Shown: piece after piece, positions 1 to 15,102 of the stretch
Layout of the letters: every line of letters begins with the position of its first letter
Position numbering within the stretch: position 1 is the first letter of the stretch
DNA from: Lingula anatina
Lineage: Eukaryota > Animalia > Brachiopoda
Length of the DNA stretch: 64,000 bases
Assembly: GCA_051362555.1 (NCBI GenBank)
Contig: CM120640.1
Span: forward strand, 14,756,001 to 14,820,000
Direction of reading: 5' to 3'
Position numbers and translations under genes: made by a program
The notes under the pieces: generated by a model
Told to the model about the DNA's origin: nothing
Seen by the model: the letters and a program-made list of their open reading frames with translations, nothing else
Databases searched by the model: none

Positions 1-38
1 AAACCAGTTTGGAGTAAAAAAATGTTTTAATAATTTCT

Positions 39-1682
39 CAGTGATTGCGAAAGCCGTCGGACCACGGCCATATGCCGGCAAAAATTCTGTGGGCTGGAAA
101 ACCCTTTTAACTCATCGGCCCACCTGTCCGACGGACTAAAGTCGGTTTCTTTAACAGACACCTCGCCTCATATTTGAACTTATCGTAGAGCTCTAAGTAC
201 GCACTGTGCGCAAGTAAAACTTTAACTTGCGCCATACTGGTGCGTACAAATAGCAAACACTATTTTTTGTAATAAAGGTCTATGTACATTTAATGTCGCT
301 CGAAGTGTGCGTAGCGATGGTGTGAGGGCTGACATGTGACCCGTTTCACAAAAAATGTATCGAAACTGAAACAACTACAGGTCAATGAAAATCGTACTGC
401 TCACGACTCTGAAAACAGGTCGCTCAAACTGCTTACGACAGGCCACGCGCGGACCTCTGAGAACACCTAACTACACGTGCTGGGTAAACAAGTATGGCTT
501 CCGTCGGACTGCATGTTGAGTAAACGATAAGTGAAAAGGAGAAATATTCATTTGCTTTTTAGATGGGTGCTCTTAACTAATTTTAATGGATATTTAAGTA
601 ATATTGCACCTTTAGCGGTGCTATATGTCAAAATGAGGGACAACATCATTTTCAATGCGGAAAATCCGCAATGGCACAGTCAGGGTGCAAAACTGTCCAT
701 TATATTCATCTAAACGAACTAGCTTAGATATTGAATAAAGATTCTTTTCAGACTCTGGCCCGTACCCGGGGATGGTTCAGGGGTTTCGAAAGAACCGCCT
801 CTTACGCTGACAAAAGGTCCACTCTTGGTAAAATTCTAGGTACATGGCGTTTTTATGGAAAAAGACCCTCCCCCTTCTAAAATTGCTGGCTACGGGCCTG
901 CTATGAGAGCAATAGCTTTATTTTACAATAAAAATGGAATTTGTCTACCTTTTCCATGTAGTGCAATTATTTGGCATAGTGCAATTATCAATTCTGAAGA
1001 TTTTTTCATTAAATACTGTACAATTTTTTGGACAGTATGTTTATTTTGGAAGATTTTTCCACACACTACAATTATTTAGGACTTCAGAGTAGTAGCATCA
1101 AGCCTTTTTTCATTGAATTTAATCATATAAAAAATATTGAAATACAATGAATTTTCTTTAAATAATTCACGGCAGGCATTTTAAAAAAATGGCCAAGTGG
1201 TCCAAAATGGCCCGACCAGATTTTGACCCAGGACAATCCCTGCTAACAAACAGACAAGCATTTTTCCAAGAGTGAAAATCTAAAAAAAGTTAGATAAGTT
1301 GGAATCTCCACTTCACTATGACTTACATTTTAATTTTAGTCAAAAATTGGAATAAAATTTACAAAGGATACATGATCTTGTGTTAAAAGATTAGAAATTA
1401 AGATAAGCAACCCAGATATAAAAAGGATAAAACTTAAATGCCAGAAAGCAACCAAAATGAAAGACGTTTAAACTTAAACCTTTAAATATCCTATTACATC
1501 TGGCCTGAAAATTAAAAAGCAGCGATTTAAAATGCCAGACAATAATATTCATCAAAAATGAAGTGAAAATAAACAGCTTAATTATTTTGTTGTGGGCCGG
1601 TAAAAAAAGGTGTGGGCTGACAAAATTTAATTTGCTCCAGCCCACATGTCTGGTAAGTTTTCAATCTCTTTCGCAATCACTG
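39..1682. mobile_element. Non-autonomous hAT-like TIR element (~1.64 kb) in NOP56 intron 3
   Basis: Perfect 15-bp TIR CAGTGATTGCGAAAG (39-53) / CTTTCGCAATCACTG (1668-1682). Flanking 6-bp direct repeat ATTTCT (33-38, 1683-1688). Subterminal TGTGGGC/GCCCAC motifs at both ends. No transposase ORF. Confidence 0.8.
755..900. mobile_element. Short MITE nested in the 39-1682 element
   Basis: Imperfect terminal inverted repeats CTGGCCCGTACCCGG / CTGGCTACGGGCCTG, GC-richer than the flanks. No clear TSD. Confidence 0.5.
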
Positions 1683-1929
1683 ATTTCTCTTAAAAATGCA
1701 AAAGTTAGGTCAATTATGTCATGCTTTTGTATGTCACCTGTACCCTCAACCTTCCTCCAGCTTCCCTCATCCTGCATCTTATCACAATCTCAGCCCCAAG
1801 TGGCCAACATATGGCCCTGTGAACAAAACTGTAATAAACTGCAGATTTATGAAGCTAAATGCCAGGCCCAGGAACCACAGAAAATTATAATATTATTAGT
1901 GCAAATATCTTCATTCATGTTCACTATAC

Positions 1930-3547
1930 CTCTAATAATTTCCGGCACTACCCCAGTGTGCTGGCAGCTGATGCCTAGCTGTTCTTGGATAGCTGCTCCT
2001 ATCTTGGAATCCCCAACTCCCAGAATGCACTTCTCCTTCTTGCCAGGCTTTGGAAAGTTTGTCTCAAGGAATAGGTGTAAATCATCATGAAGTACGCCTG
2101 AAATGTGGAATACACAGAATATATATCTGACAACACCATTTTGAAGAGTACCTTCATCAATGATAAATTTTATCTTTATAAAAGAAAAGAACATGTTTTG
2201 GACAATACTTGCATGATAAATAGGAAGACTTTGTTTGGCAATGCTTGCATCATTACAAAAATAAATTCACTCTGAAAGACTGCAATTAACATAATAGTAA
2301 CTGCCAAAGCAAACACAGTTACCTACAAGTATGTTTTAATATACCTGGAACTTCAGGATGTAAAATTTTACATAAAAAATGGAAAAAAGTGCAAATGATG
2401 TGCTTGCACAACATACCTTCAGATATACTGTTTATGTTGTCCAAAGCGTTGTGTCCACTCTTGAATGGTGAGAATGCTACTAGTTTAACGATGGAATTGA
2501 AGCGACTGAGGTCTGTGACACTTTGTTCCACTTGGGGAATCATCATCCCCACCTCTTCAAACTCTGCCACTCTGAACAGTCCATACCCAGAGGCATGCTC
2601 AAAGAGCACATGGAGTGTTTGGGCCTAGAAATGAAATAATCAATTCTTGTGCAAATGCAGGGGATCTTTAAATCAGACATGAGCCTAGGTTTATAAAAAA
2701 AAAATCTGAACATTTATCCTGGGACCCAACACCTTACCTTGACGAATCTTTAGAACCATCAGAATTGAATTAAAAAATGCGGAATTCCCCTTTTCTGCGG
2801 AAAAAGCTCATATGTCTGTTAAATTCTAAAATTCTGTTATGAATTATAAACATTGTTTGCAGTGTGTATAGGGGGATTCATGTGGCATGTATTTTCCTTT
2901 CCTATTCATATTCTCTGTGCTGATGCCCCTCAAACAATCACAACCCTATTTCAAAATTATAACACAACCCCAGAACAAAATACTGTAAGTAATTTTGTAG
3001 GCAGTTCTTCAAATCTTTCATACCACCTACATATACAGGAGCCAATCTGGTAGCTTTTTAAGTTGACTGTGCATAAAATCTATTCAGAAAAGATGTGTTG
3101 ATCAAATAATTTCGTATTGAACCCCCCCCCCCCCACACACACACACAACAATAAACATCCCGTGTTTGTTGTCCATCTTTCAACTGAATACAGTGAAATC
3201 GTGCAGTACTGCAGTAGATCGCAAAAACTCTTGATTCTCAAAAATAAAATTTACAAGCGACATCATAGAAATTCAGTGTACTATTACTGAGATCCAGATG
3301 TATGATCATGTGAACAGGTTTTTAATTTTTGGCTTCGGCAAAGGACAACGCACATGCTCGACCTTCAGATGTAAATTTGGACCTAATCAAAAGGCATGGA
3401 TCACAAGATGAATAAAACAGAAGTATCATCACACTTTACACAAACCACCCATTCTAACTAGCAGTAACTTTAATTCTTCAACTTCTTGAACATAAATTTG
3501 AGTATGTGTTATCTACTGAGCTGCACGTGGACCACACTTACCACCAT
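1930..3547 (-). CDS. NOP56: Nucleolar protein 56 (box C/D snoRNP core), 5' exons 3547-3542, 2624-2417, 2097-1930; gene presumably continues beyond the left window edge
   Basis: Spliced translation MV|[70 protein letters not shown]|[56 protein letters not shown] matches the NOP56 N-terminal (NOP5NT) domain. GT-AG sites are phase-consistent. Confidence 0.95.
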
Positions 3548-3549
3548 CT

Positions 3550-3880
3550 TGTCTGGCCACTACAGTGGATAAAGTAAAAGTAGGAATGATCAATTTACAA
3601 AGGCCAACTCTTCAAAACAAATAAAAACATTTGTTATTATTAATGATCTAATAAACAAAATGGTAAAAATTATCATAGCATGAAATGGTTTACACAACCT
3701 AAATATATTAAAATATCGATTAAAATTTTATTGACTGGAGTGATTTTGAAAATCTCGTATAAGACATCTCCTTGCATTGGACAATACCTACACTCACGTG
3801 ACTTTTGTTGTGGAATAGTCCAATCAAAAATGGCTTCACACGATACGTATGAATAGCCAAACTTCGGGAAAACAAGGCGG
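3550..3880. promoter_or_regulatory. Probable bidirectional promoter between NOP56 and the PCGF gene
   Basis: Head-to-head genes. Palindromic E-box TCACGTGA (~3794-3801) and YY1-like AAAATGGC (~3827-3834). Pyrimidine tract CCTACTTTTACTTTATCC on the - strand just upstream of the NOP56 ATG (TCT/5'TOP-like). A + strand donor GCG|GTAAGC at ~3879 may end a PCGF 5' UTR exon. Confidence 0.5.
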
Positions 3881-4452
3881 TAAGCATGGCATGTAAACTT
3901 TAGCGTGTTGGTTCTTGTGAACAAACCCAACCAGTTATTTATTTTAACTAAACTTTGAATAGGTATTGTAAGACACAGTAATTAACAGCCATATGTTTTT
4001 TGTCAAATAATGCCTAACGCCCTGATCTAAGCTGCGTAATGATAATTAAGTGTGCCCTCAATGTGAATGGCGTGGATGGTTGCAATGTAAATGTAACACA
4101 GAACTATTAATAGTAGTGTAGATTCACACTACTCTTAGCATTGCTAATAATTGATTTTGTGCTTGTAATGTATAATATAATCATGGTAATTTTTTTATTC
4201 TTTCGTTGTTATGTCTGACTACTTTCCATCTTTGTGCAGCTTGAATGGTATTAGGACAAACGCTACAAGTATGTATCGTTTGTCCCATAGGCTGGTATAA
4301 GATGTACTGGATACAAAACATGTACTAGTAGCAGTGTGAAGGGAATGCTTGCTCTGTACATGACTCTGTCTATGCTTAATTTATTGATTTATCTCAGGTT
4401 GTCAAAATTTCAGGGCCACAACAAAATGAAGTGAACTAGACTTTCTATTAGG

Positions 4453-7518
<3,066 letters not shown>

Positions 7519-8527
7519 ATATACATATGTATATTGGAGCAATGGACTAGGAAATTATCAGTGGCAGATTCATGAGGTGGGAGGCATAGTGGGCCATGTT
7601 ACCCCTACTGCTTTAGCTTTAGAGATACATCCTTCTCTCTTCTATAACTAATTAAACAAGACAAAGGCAAGCAGTATTTCATCCCTGTGCCGTACATTTT
7701 GTAGATTTTTCTTCCGTATAATTCAGAAAAAAAGTTCTGGTTTTGTTTGGCAGAAGAAAAAAGGAAATATTTCATATACGTGTGCATGCACACCTCCACC
7801 ACCAACACCCTTACTGAAATCCTGGGTTTTTAAGTGACAGTTGAGCATTTTTAAAAGTCTACCTTTAATTGCTTTGTACACATTGAAAAAAAGAGAAGGT
7901 TATAAACTGGACTTATTTTATATGTATGGAAATTATTGTGTATATTATGTGTTTATTAATGTCAAGATATGTTTTTAATTAATGGGAATTGGAGTATTTT
8001 TGTATGTGATGGAATTCTTTGTCACTCTTGAAGCAATGGCTTCAGTGTTTCTGATTAATATATGTTTTGAAGTATAAAGCACTTTTTATAAAGCCCCCTG
8101 TTATGTTCTAATAAAACTATTCTAGAACCGAATTATTTGAAAGGTTCTTACAGCAGTTCTTATTACAATGTATACATATCTGTAAACCTAGTAGATAATT
8201 ATGTACGTTTTGTGCATATTTTAACCAATAAATTTATTTTCTTAAAAGGTACTTATTATATTTTTCATGTTTTTGTATATTTGAATTCATATTCATTCAA
8301 ACAGAAAATTACCATTCGTAATGTGTACGAGTATTTACTGAATTATTGGTTGACGGTAACTGTGGTCCATATATAAAAACGCTGGGCATTCAAACAACCC
8401 CTTATTGACTCATCTGATGGGAAAAGTTTTGTGGAATCGGGTATACTCGAGTTTTTATCCACCAAAGTATTTCACAAAACACTGCCTAAACCCGAGTTTG
8501 GTTCGGGCGAAAACGGATGCCGGGGAA

Positions 8528-8555
8528 GGGGGGGGGGGGGGGGGGGGGGGGGGGG
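8528..8555 (+). repeat. Poly-G tract
   Basis: About 28 consecutive G. Confidence 0.9.
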
Positions 8556-8702
8556 CGGGTAAGCTCCTTAGAACCTACCTTTTTCAAGCATGTAGGCCTA
8601 CTTTAAAAGTGCAGGAGGCAGAGGGACTTTGAAGCCACTTTACAAAGCCAGAGGTATACATAGATAAGTCCTTTAAATATTTCGTCAAGGGCCGATATCC
8701 CA

Positions 8703-9316
8703 CACCCTGAGCTTCAGAGCTAACTTGACACTAACCTTTTCACTGTAGCCTATCTCCATCGTGTCAAGTAACCTCTGACCAGATTCGAGTGCCCCCGCCG
8801 CCCGCCAATCAAATTTAAAGCCCGCACTCAATGACTCATTGAACGATCTAGCCAATGAACGTGAACGAGTCAAAGCGCGCTTTGTTCAAATCCGGACCAA
8901 TCAAAGATAAGGCTGAATATCAGGGACTTGCCGTAACCTGTGGGCAGCACGCAAAATACATCATCCCTCAGTAGATAATGATGCAGGGCATCATACTGCT
9001 CTAGTTTCAATTCCGATATACTCCATGCTTTCTTTGTGTACGGTTATGCACTCGGAACCACTCGGAACTACTCGGATGTCTCCGCACTCGACAATAACTG
9101 TGTTGTTAGTATGGAGCTTGCGGAATCAGCCGAGGATTGCCGATTGACGATCAACCAATCAGCGTTTTCACCAAACTTTGGTGAAAAATTTTGAAACATG
9201 GATTCGATTGGCTTATATAAAATAGGTCAAACTATTTTCGTCAGAGGTTACTTGACACGATGGAGATAGGCTACAGTGAAAAGGTTAGTGTCAAGTTAGC
9301 TCTGAAGCTCAGGGTG
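8703..9316. mobile_element. Young MITE (614 bp) with 77-bp perfect TIRs and 8-bp TSD (hAT or P superfamily-like)
   Basis: 8703-8779 is the exact reverse complement of 9240-9316. TSD ATATCCCA at 8695-8702 and 9317-9324. Confidence 0.95.
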
Positions 9317-9941
9317 ATATCCCAATGAACCGACCTAAAATGCGGTTTCTGCACTTATCGACCCCTACACAATTCGTCGTTTAAAATTTGTTTCACGTGC
9401 GGCAAAATTTGCACGGACAGACAGCATAACGAATGGAAGCCCTTTTATATACTTTAACGTCTATATAGGATTAAAACTCCCAGTTTCTGTACCACCTTAA
9501 ATTCGCGACTGGTGGGGGAAAACAAGCACAGACGGAGACCATGGGCCACGTGCAGTCTTCAATTGCGACTGCTGCACTGTACGGGATTGTGTTTGTTGGG
9601 TTTCATACTCTGTTGTACGATAGATGGCATCATCGTCAGTCGCGCTGAAGATCCTTTTCCGTTTCTGGCCTTTCTTGTCTCCTGTGGGACGATTGTTGAT
9701 ATTTTAGTAATTCATTTTTCTCGTTTAAAACGAGAAGATATCTAATATGATCTTACGTCTTCTCAACCTAGTACACAGCCGAGAACTGCAGAAAAAGTGA
9801 CCCAGGAAGGGATTTTGACTTTGGCGGGTCCTTCGAAAAATTCCCCTGACCTGATTCATGCTCGGACAGCCTGAGTGATCACTTTCTTTTTGCAGAACCA
9901 AAGAATGCAAGTGGATATATACAGTAATTAATGAGATAGTA

Positions 9942-12900
9942 ATGGCGACGAACAACTCACAAACGGCATCACCTTGTTCTACTGGATGTGAGAGCCCAGT
10001 TGAAGAAAACATTAGTTGGCCTGAAGATGATGACCGACTCAACGTGTTGTATTCTCCTTTTCGAGAAAGGGAAGTGAATCCGAAGTCTTGGGACTCCAAA
10101 CTGAAATTCTGGTCCAACGTTCTTCTTCAAGATTTTAGAAACGCTGGAGAGTTGACATTTGACACAAAAACTTTGCCACACAGGTTTAAGAGAAAACAGA
10201 AAATTCCCTCGTGTTTGGGGACCGTTTTGCAAGAACTTTTAAGGTTGGAAAATGTGAAATCGATTGAAATTAGACTAACTAAATAAGACCGAATAATCAG
10301 CCTTCATAGCAAACCTGTGATCTGTATCACAAGCCATATATGTGACATCTTTGAAGGTCTTCTAAGGCCTGTTGCTGATCAGTACTAGTACATTTGCTAT
10401 TATTAGTACTTGATATTATTAGTTATTTAGACATCTTCTAGTGACAATAACTATCTCGGCTGAAGTACTCAGTATCTGAGATTTATGCCACTGCATTCAA
10501 TAAACTCACAGTATGGAATATTACATAAAACTGAAATTGCCATTCTTGGTTTTTCAAAAATTAAATAATATATATTTTTTAAGTTTGTCAACTTCTAACT
10601 GATTTGATTCAAAATTTATATTTCAACAAAGCAAATTATTTGGCAAAAGCAAATTTTTGTATTCTGTATATTATCCAGACAAGGCAAGATAGTATCCGTA
10701 ACAGAGTTCGAGGCAAGCTGTCAGCAAGTTGGCTGGATTTCCTGGGGTGTCAACTATTTAGTCAAGAAGCCAATATGGTGGACTGTAGGCACTGTTACAG
10801 GGACCAACAACCTGGTCAAAGATGGAGAATATATTTTGGTAGATTTGCTCAAGGTACTGCAACGTCAAAGTCCATTCATCTTTTTTTAATTTGAAAAGAT
10901 AAAGCCTATACAAGACCAATGTATAGTACTTATCTTGAAAAAAATTAAAATGAATTTACGTGAAGAGGCAAAGTGTTATTTGAGATTATATAAAGTATTT
11001 AGTTCCATGTTGCTAGATTAACTTCTTGGCTAAAGAGACATATTTTCTTTACTGTATGTGTGTGCCATCTATTTTGGTAATTGAATGCCTTAATTATGTC
11101 CCAACTGAACATAGAAAATAGCTAGCATGTAATTTTAATTTTGTTTAAAAACAAGTATAATGAATGCGCAATAGATTAATAATTATGAAAGATAAGATGA
11201 AATATTGCATATTACCTCTTGTTCTTCCTTGTCATAATTTGCCAAAAATTTGCTTACAGGAATTGTGTGATAAAACCATAGATAAAGTACAAGAAAGAGC
11301 CCAGCACAAAGCAACAGATTATTTGTTAGAATGGGCAGAGTTAAAAACCCTCTGTGAAGACATATGTAAAGATGACAAGTCTCTTAATCTGGTTTTGCTG
11401 CAGTTAGTTAAGGACAAGAAGGCACAGTTCATGGAGCCTACCAGTAAACAAAAGGTAAGCATGTTGCACATATTGAGGTCCCTTGTTTTGTACCCTCTTT
11501 ATGCAGTACATGTACATTTATGTTGATATTTTTGATGAATGAGATGTTAAAACTTTTTAAATATTATTTTAGTGCAAACTTGATTGGTTTCATATGTAAA
11601 ATCTGTTGTTGCTATTGTTTTTATTTTATATTAATGAGTGCTATTATTACACAATTATTTTCAAAAGAGAGTTATAAATCAACTCTTATTTTGGTGTAGA
11701 AAAAAATTGTTCCAGAAAAATCAAGGATGTTATTTAAGTTTTAATATTTGTAGTTAATCAAGTTTATACAGAAAGGTGGTAGATCTGCCTCACCTGTGTC
11801 TGAAATTGACCTGGGTGTTTTAAGGTATTTGCTCTTCTTATTTCTTTATATACTTCCTGTAATGCTGATGATTTCTAGGAAGTGTTTCAAACACAGTAAA
11901 GCTTTCTTTTAAGTCATTTCAATTAGAAGATCTTTAAAGTTGCTGCCTTTAAAGTTGCTGTTTAAAATCTGCATGTGTCTCTGTCCAGTTGGATGCAAAT
12001 TTGTGAAAGGAAGCAGAAAAAAAATAACCATGTGGCGTTTGTCAAATGAGCAATTTTCGCCTACAGACTCTTTAAGTGCAAACCTTATGCTTCTTTTTAT
12101 GTAATTTAGTTCCATGGCTCATTTAAGACTTGATGAGTTAGTGTACATGTAAGTTAATACTGCCTTTTACAGGTTAAGAGAGAGTGAAGCCCATCTTAAG
12201 GGAGAAGTTGAAAGGGTGGCTGAAGATGTGAAGAGGTGAGACATTTCCTAATGTCAGAGGAGGATCCAGAGGAGGGAGGGTTGATCCTCATTATTATTAT
12301 TATTATTATTATTTGTTTACAAGGCTGTTTAAACCTGTATTTTCATCTGCTGTCACACTTAAGTCTAAGCCTTTTCCACAAAAAGTGGTCTAGTGTTTGA
12401 GTATTTATATTATGTTATTGTATTCTTAATATGACTTTGCTCATGATAATTATCTGTATAAGATACATTTTCTTTGTAGATGTGTGCGGGATGCCAAATA
12501 TTACCTAAGTAAAGGATTAAAGAACTCTGTAAGTAAAGTACTGGGTGCGTTGACATGCACATTTATACATGTGCACATGGATACATAAAATGTTAAAGTA
12601 TATAATACTAGTGAATATAATTTGTGATATCCTGAGGTCCATTTTGACAAACATGTGTAGGTCATATGCTTATCTTTATAAAAAATGACATTTGAGTCAT
12701 AACACTGCCTAATATTTATGAGCCTTTTTTCCCTGAAGTTGGACAAATACAGTAGACTCCTAACTGTTCACTTTGTTTGTTTTTTTTTATTATTATTGCT
12801 GATCTTGAACAGATCTTATGGAACAGATTTCTTTCTCTGATTTTGGCTGAAATTCATATGGACACTTCCTAACTCTAATTTTTGCTTCACTCAAACAGAT

Positions 12901-14484
12901 TTGCTTGTCCCACATATGTAGTGTTCTGCATTAAACTGGATGCTTTTTAATACCATAGGCCAAGAATTCAATAAGGAGGAAAAAAGCCACAGAGGCATCT
13001 TTAACAAAAAAGGAAAATGCTCTGGAAACTGTGCAGGCCTTGCTGCAAAAAATACAGGATGCCGAGTCGGACAAAATGGTGAGAATTATACATAAGCTTG
13101 TTGATTACTTGATTGATTTGCGTTTTTTGTTATGAAAGTTTCAAAAGACCGTTCATGACAGGGAGGTATATGTTTGTGAAAGAATGATGATAATTAAACT
13201 GGTCGGTGCTGACAAAAGCCCACTCATTCATTGTTTTGTAGCCTGATTTACTCCTGGAGACTGCAAACATGTACAGAAATTGTTGGTGGTAATAATGACA
13301 ATGATTAAAACACCCGTGTTGCACGCATTCTAGAAAACAAGTTTTCTTAGGTTTACACAATTAGTTTATTAAATGCCTCACTTTCTCTAACATTTCACTT
13401 TTTCAAGATTTATCTCTTCAGACAAAGAAGTTCATGTTGTTCAAATTGATTAAATGATAACCACAGATATTTCACCTACTATGGAAGTAACATAATGCAT
13501 TGGCATCAGTTACATGTTTAATTTAACTTTTTGTGCTGTAGATTGTTGAAGCTTATGAAGCTGGAATGTCAGCATTGAAAGTGAAGAGAGACAAAGATGG
13601 GCTCACCATTGGCAGGGTAGACGATATCATGGATCTGCTACAGGAGGTATGTTTTTCATTAAAAACACATGCAAGTAATTTTTTTAATGATTTGCTCTTC
13701 ATTGAAATGAATGTAATTATGCCAACATAATGTCTGTATGAGCATTCCACAATCTTCAAAGCACTTGAATCAAATTTTAAAGGGGAAAGATATTATAAAC
13801 AACATTTTATTTATGTTGAATTTTTCCAATAATTTCAGGAATACGAAAAAGATGCAGACATCAGTCTTGCCTTGGCCCAGGGCCCTGCTGATCCAAGCTT
13901 GGATATTAGTAGGAGTGAGTTAGAAGCTGAACTGGATGCCATATTGGCTGGGGAAGACAATGGTGGGGAAGATGCCCTGGCAACACAACTAGGAGGATTG
14001 AAATTGGAGCAAGGTCTGTCTTTTTTTTTTCGTATTTCAAGTTTTAGACAGTTGTGAATCAATACTACATGTTTAATTTGAAAAGGGTATGAAGCAATAA
14101 CACTGATAGGACTAATATGACAGATTGTTAGATCGGGTCATTGGGGCTAAAACTTTTCTTCTCATGCTTCAAAACCTGGGTGCACGTGTTTCTGACTTTT
14201 AGACCTGTTATTTTTTTAATTTGTCAGTTGTATGCAAAATTCAGCCCAACTTTATTAATTTAAAATGACAATAGTGTGAATTAATTTGGAAACGTGCATG
14301 TCTTCACTGTATTATGATGAATAACCAAGTAATGGTTTTACTTTTAGAATTTCCGCAAGTGCCGTCATTTGAACCCTCCTCATCCTCCGCAAGCTCGGTT
14401 CAAGATAAACTGGATTCTAATTTCACTCTTAAAGACAATAAAGACAAGGATGCCATCGTGGAGAAAGAACCTCTGTTGGCTTAA
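9942..14484 (+). CDS. CHMP7: Charged multivesicular body protein 7 (ESCRT-II/III hybrid); exons ~9942-10243, 10679-10853, 11261-11454, 11753-11823, 12174-12235, 12480-12528, 12959-13078, 13542-13646, 13839-14012, 14348-14484
   Basis: DDDRLNVLYSPFREREVNPKSWDSKLKFW...FKRKQKIPSCLGTVL is the CHMP7 winged-helix N-terminus. A Snf7-like C-half follows (LLQKIQDAESDKMIVEAYEAG...ELEAELDAIL...FPQVPS), ending at TAA 14482-14484. Confidence 0.93.
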
Positions 14485-15102
14485 TAAAAATCATAGGAAA
14501 GATTGAACACCTTTTTAACCGTCTTGCACAGTGTTCTTCATAAAAAAATTGTGTATTAGTTATTTGAAGCATGTACTGCTTTAAAATGGCCCAGGCGATC
14601 ATGTGTGTATTATAGCATAAACTTGGAAAAGTTTTCTGGTGCAGTATTATCAAATTATGACAATAAGGTGACAATGTTTAAAAAGTTTTGTTATTAACGT
14701 TTTGCCGATAGACTACAAATACTACTAGTAATGGTGCTTTCTTTGTGTCAATGCTATTGTTCAGCTGGGATATGATATTGGAAGAAGAAATATGCAAAAT
14801 TAAGAATTATGAATTAAACCAACGAAAATTAAAGCATTTATGGCTTTGTGCAAAAGATCAATTTTATTTTGCTTTGCTACCCGTGCATCGGATTTATTGC
14901 CAGTACAAAATATGCAACTTTATGCGAACGGATTCCACTTTGTATGGCCGACATAATGCAGCTTCACTGTCCGTTCAATGACTATTTTTTAATTTTGAAA
15001 GGAATGATGGATCCCAAACTTACAAATGTTAATTTTTTCTTTCAGTCAAAGAAACAGATTCCATAAATGACCATGGATACTTCTTTCATCAGTAACCCGA
15101 CT

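Noticed and set aside
1563-2090. 175-aa + strand ORF
   Set aside because: Antisense to NOP56 exon 3 and the TE end, with no recognisable motif.
3329-3360. GCTTCGGCA resembling the U6 snRNA 5' end
   Set aside because: Only a 9-nt match; the rest of U6, including the ACAGAGA box, is absent.
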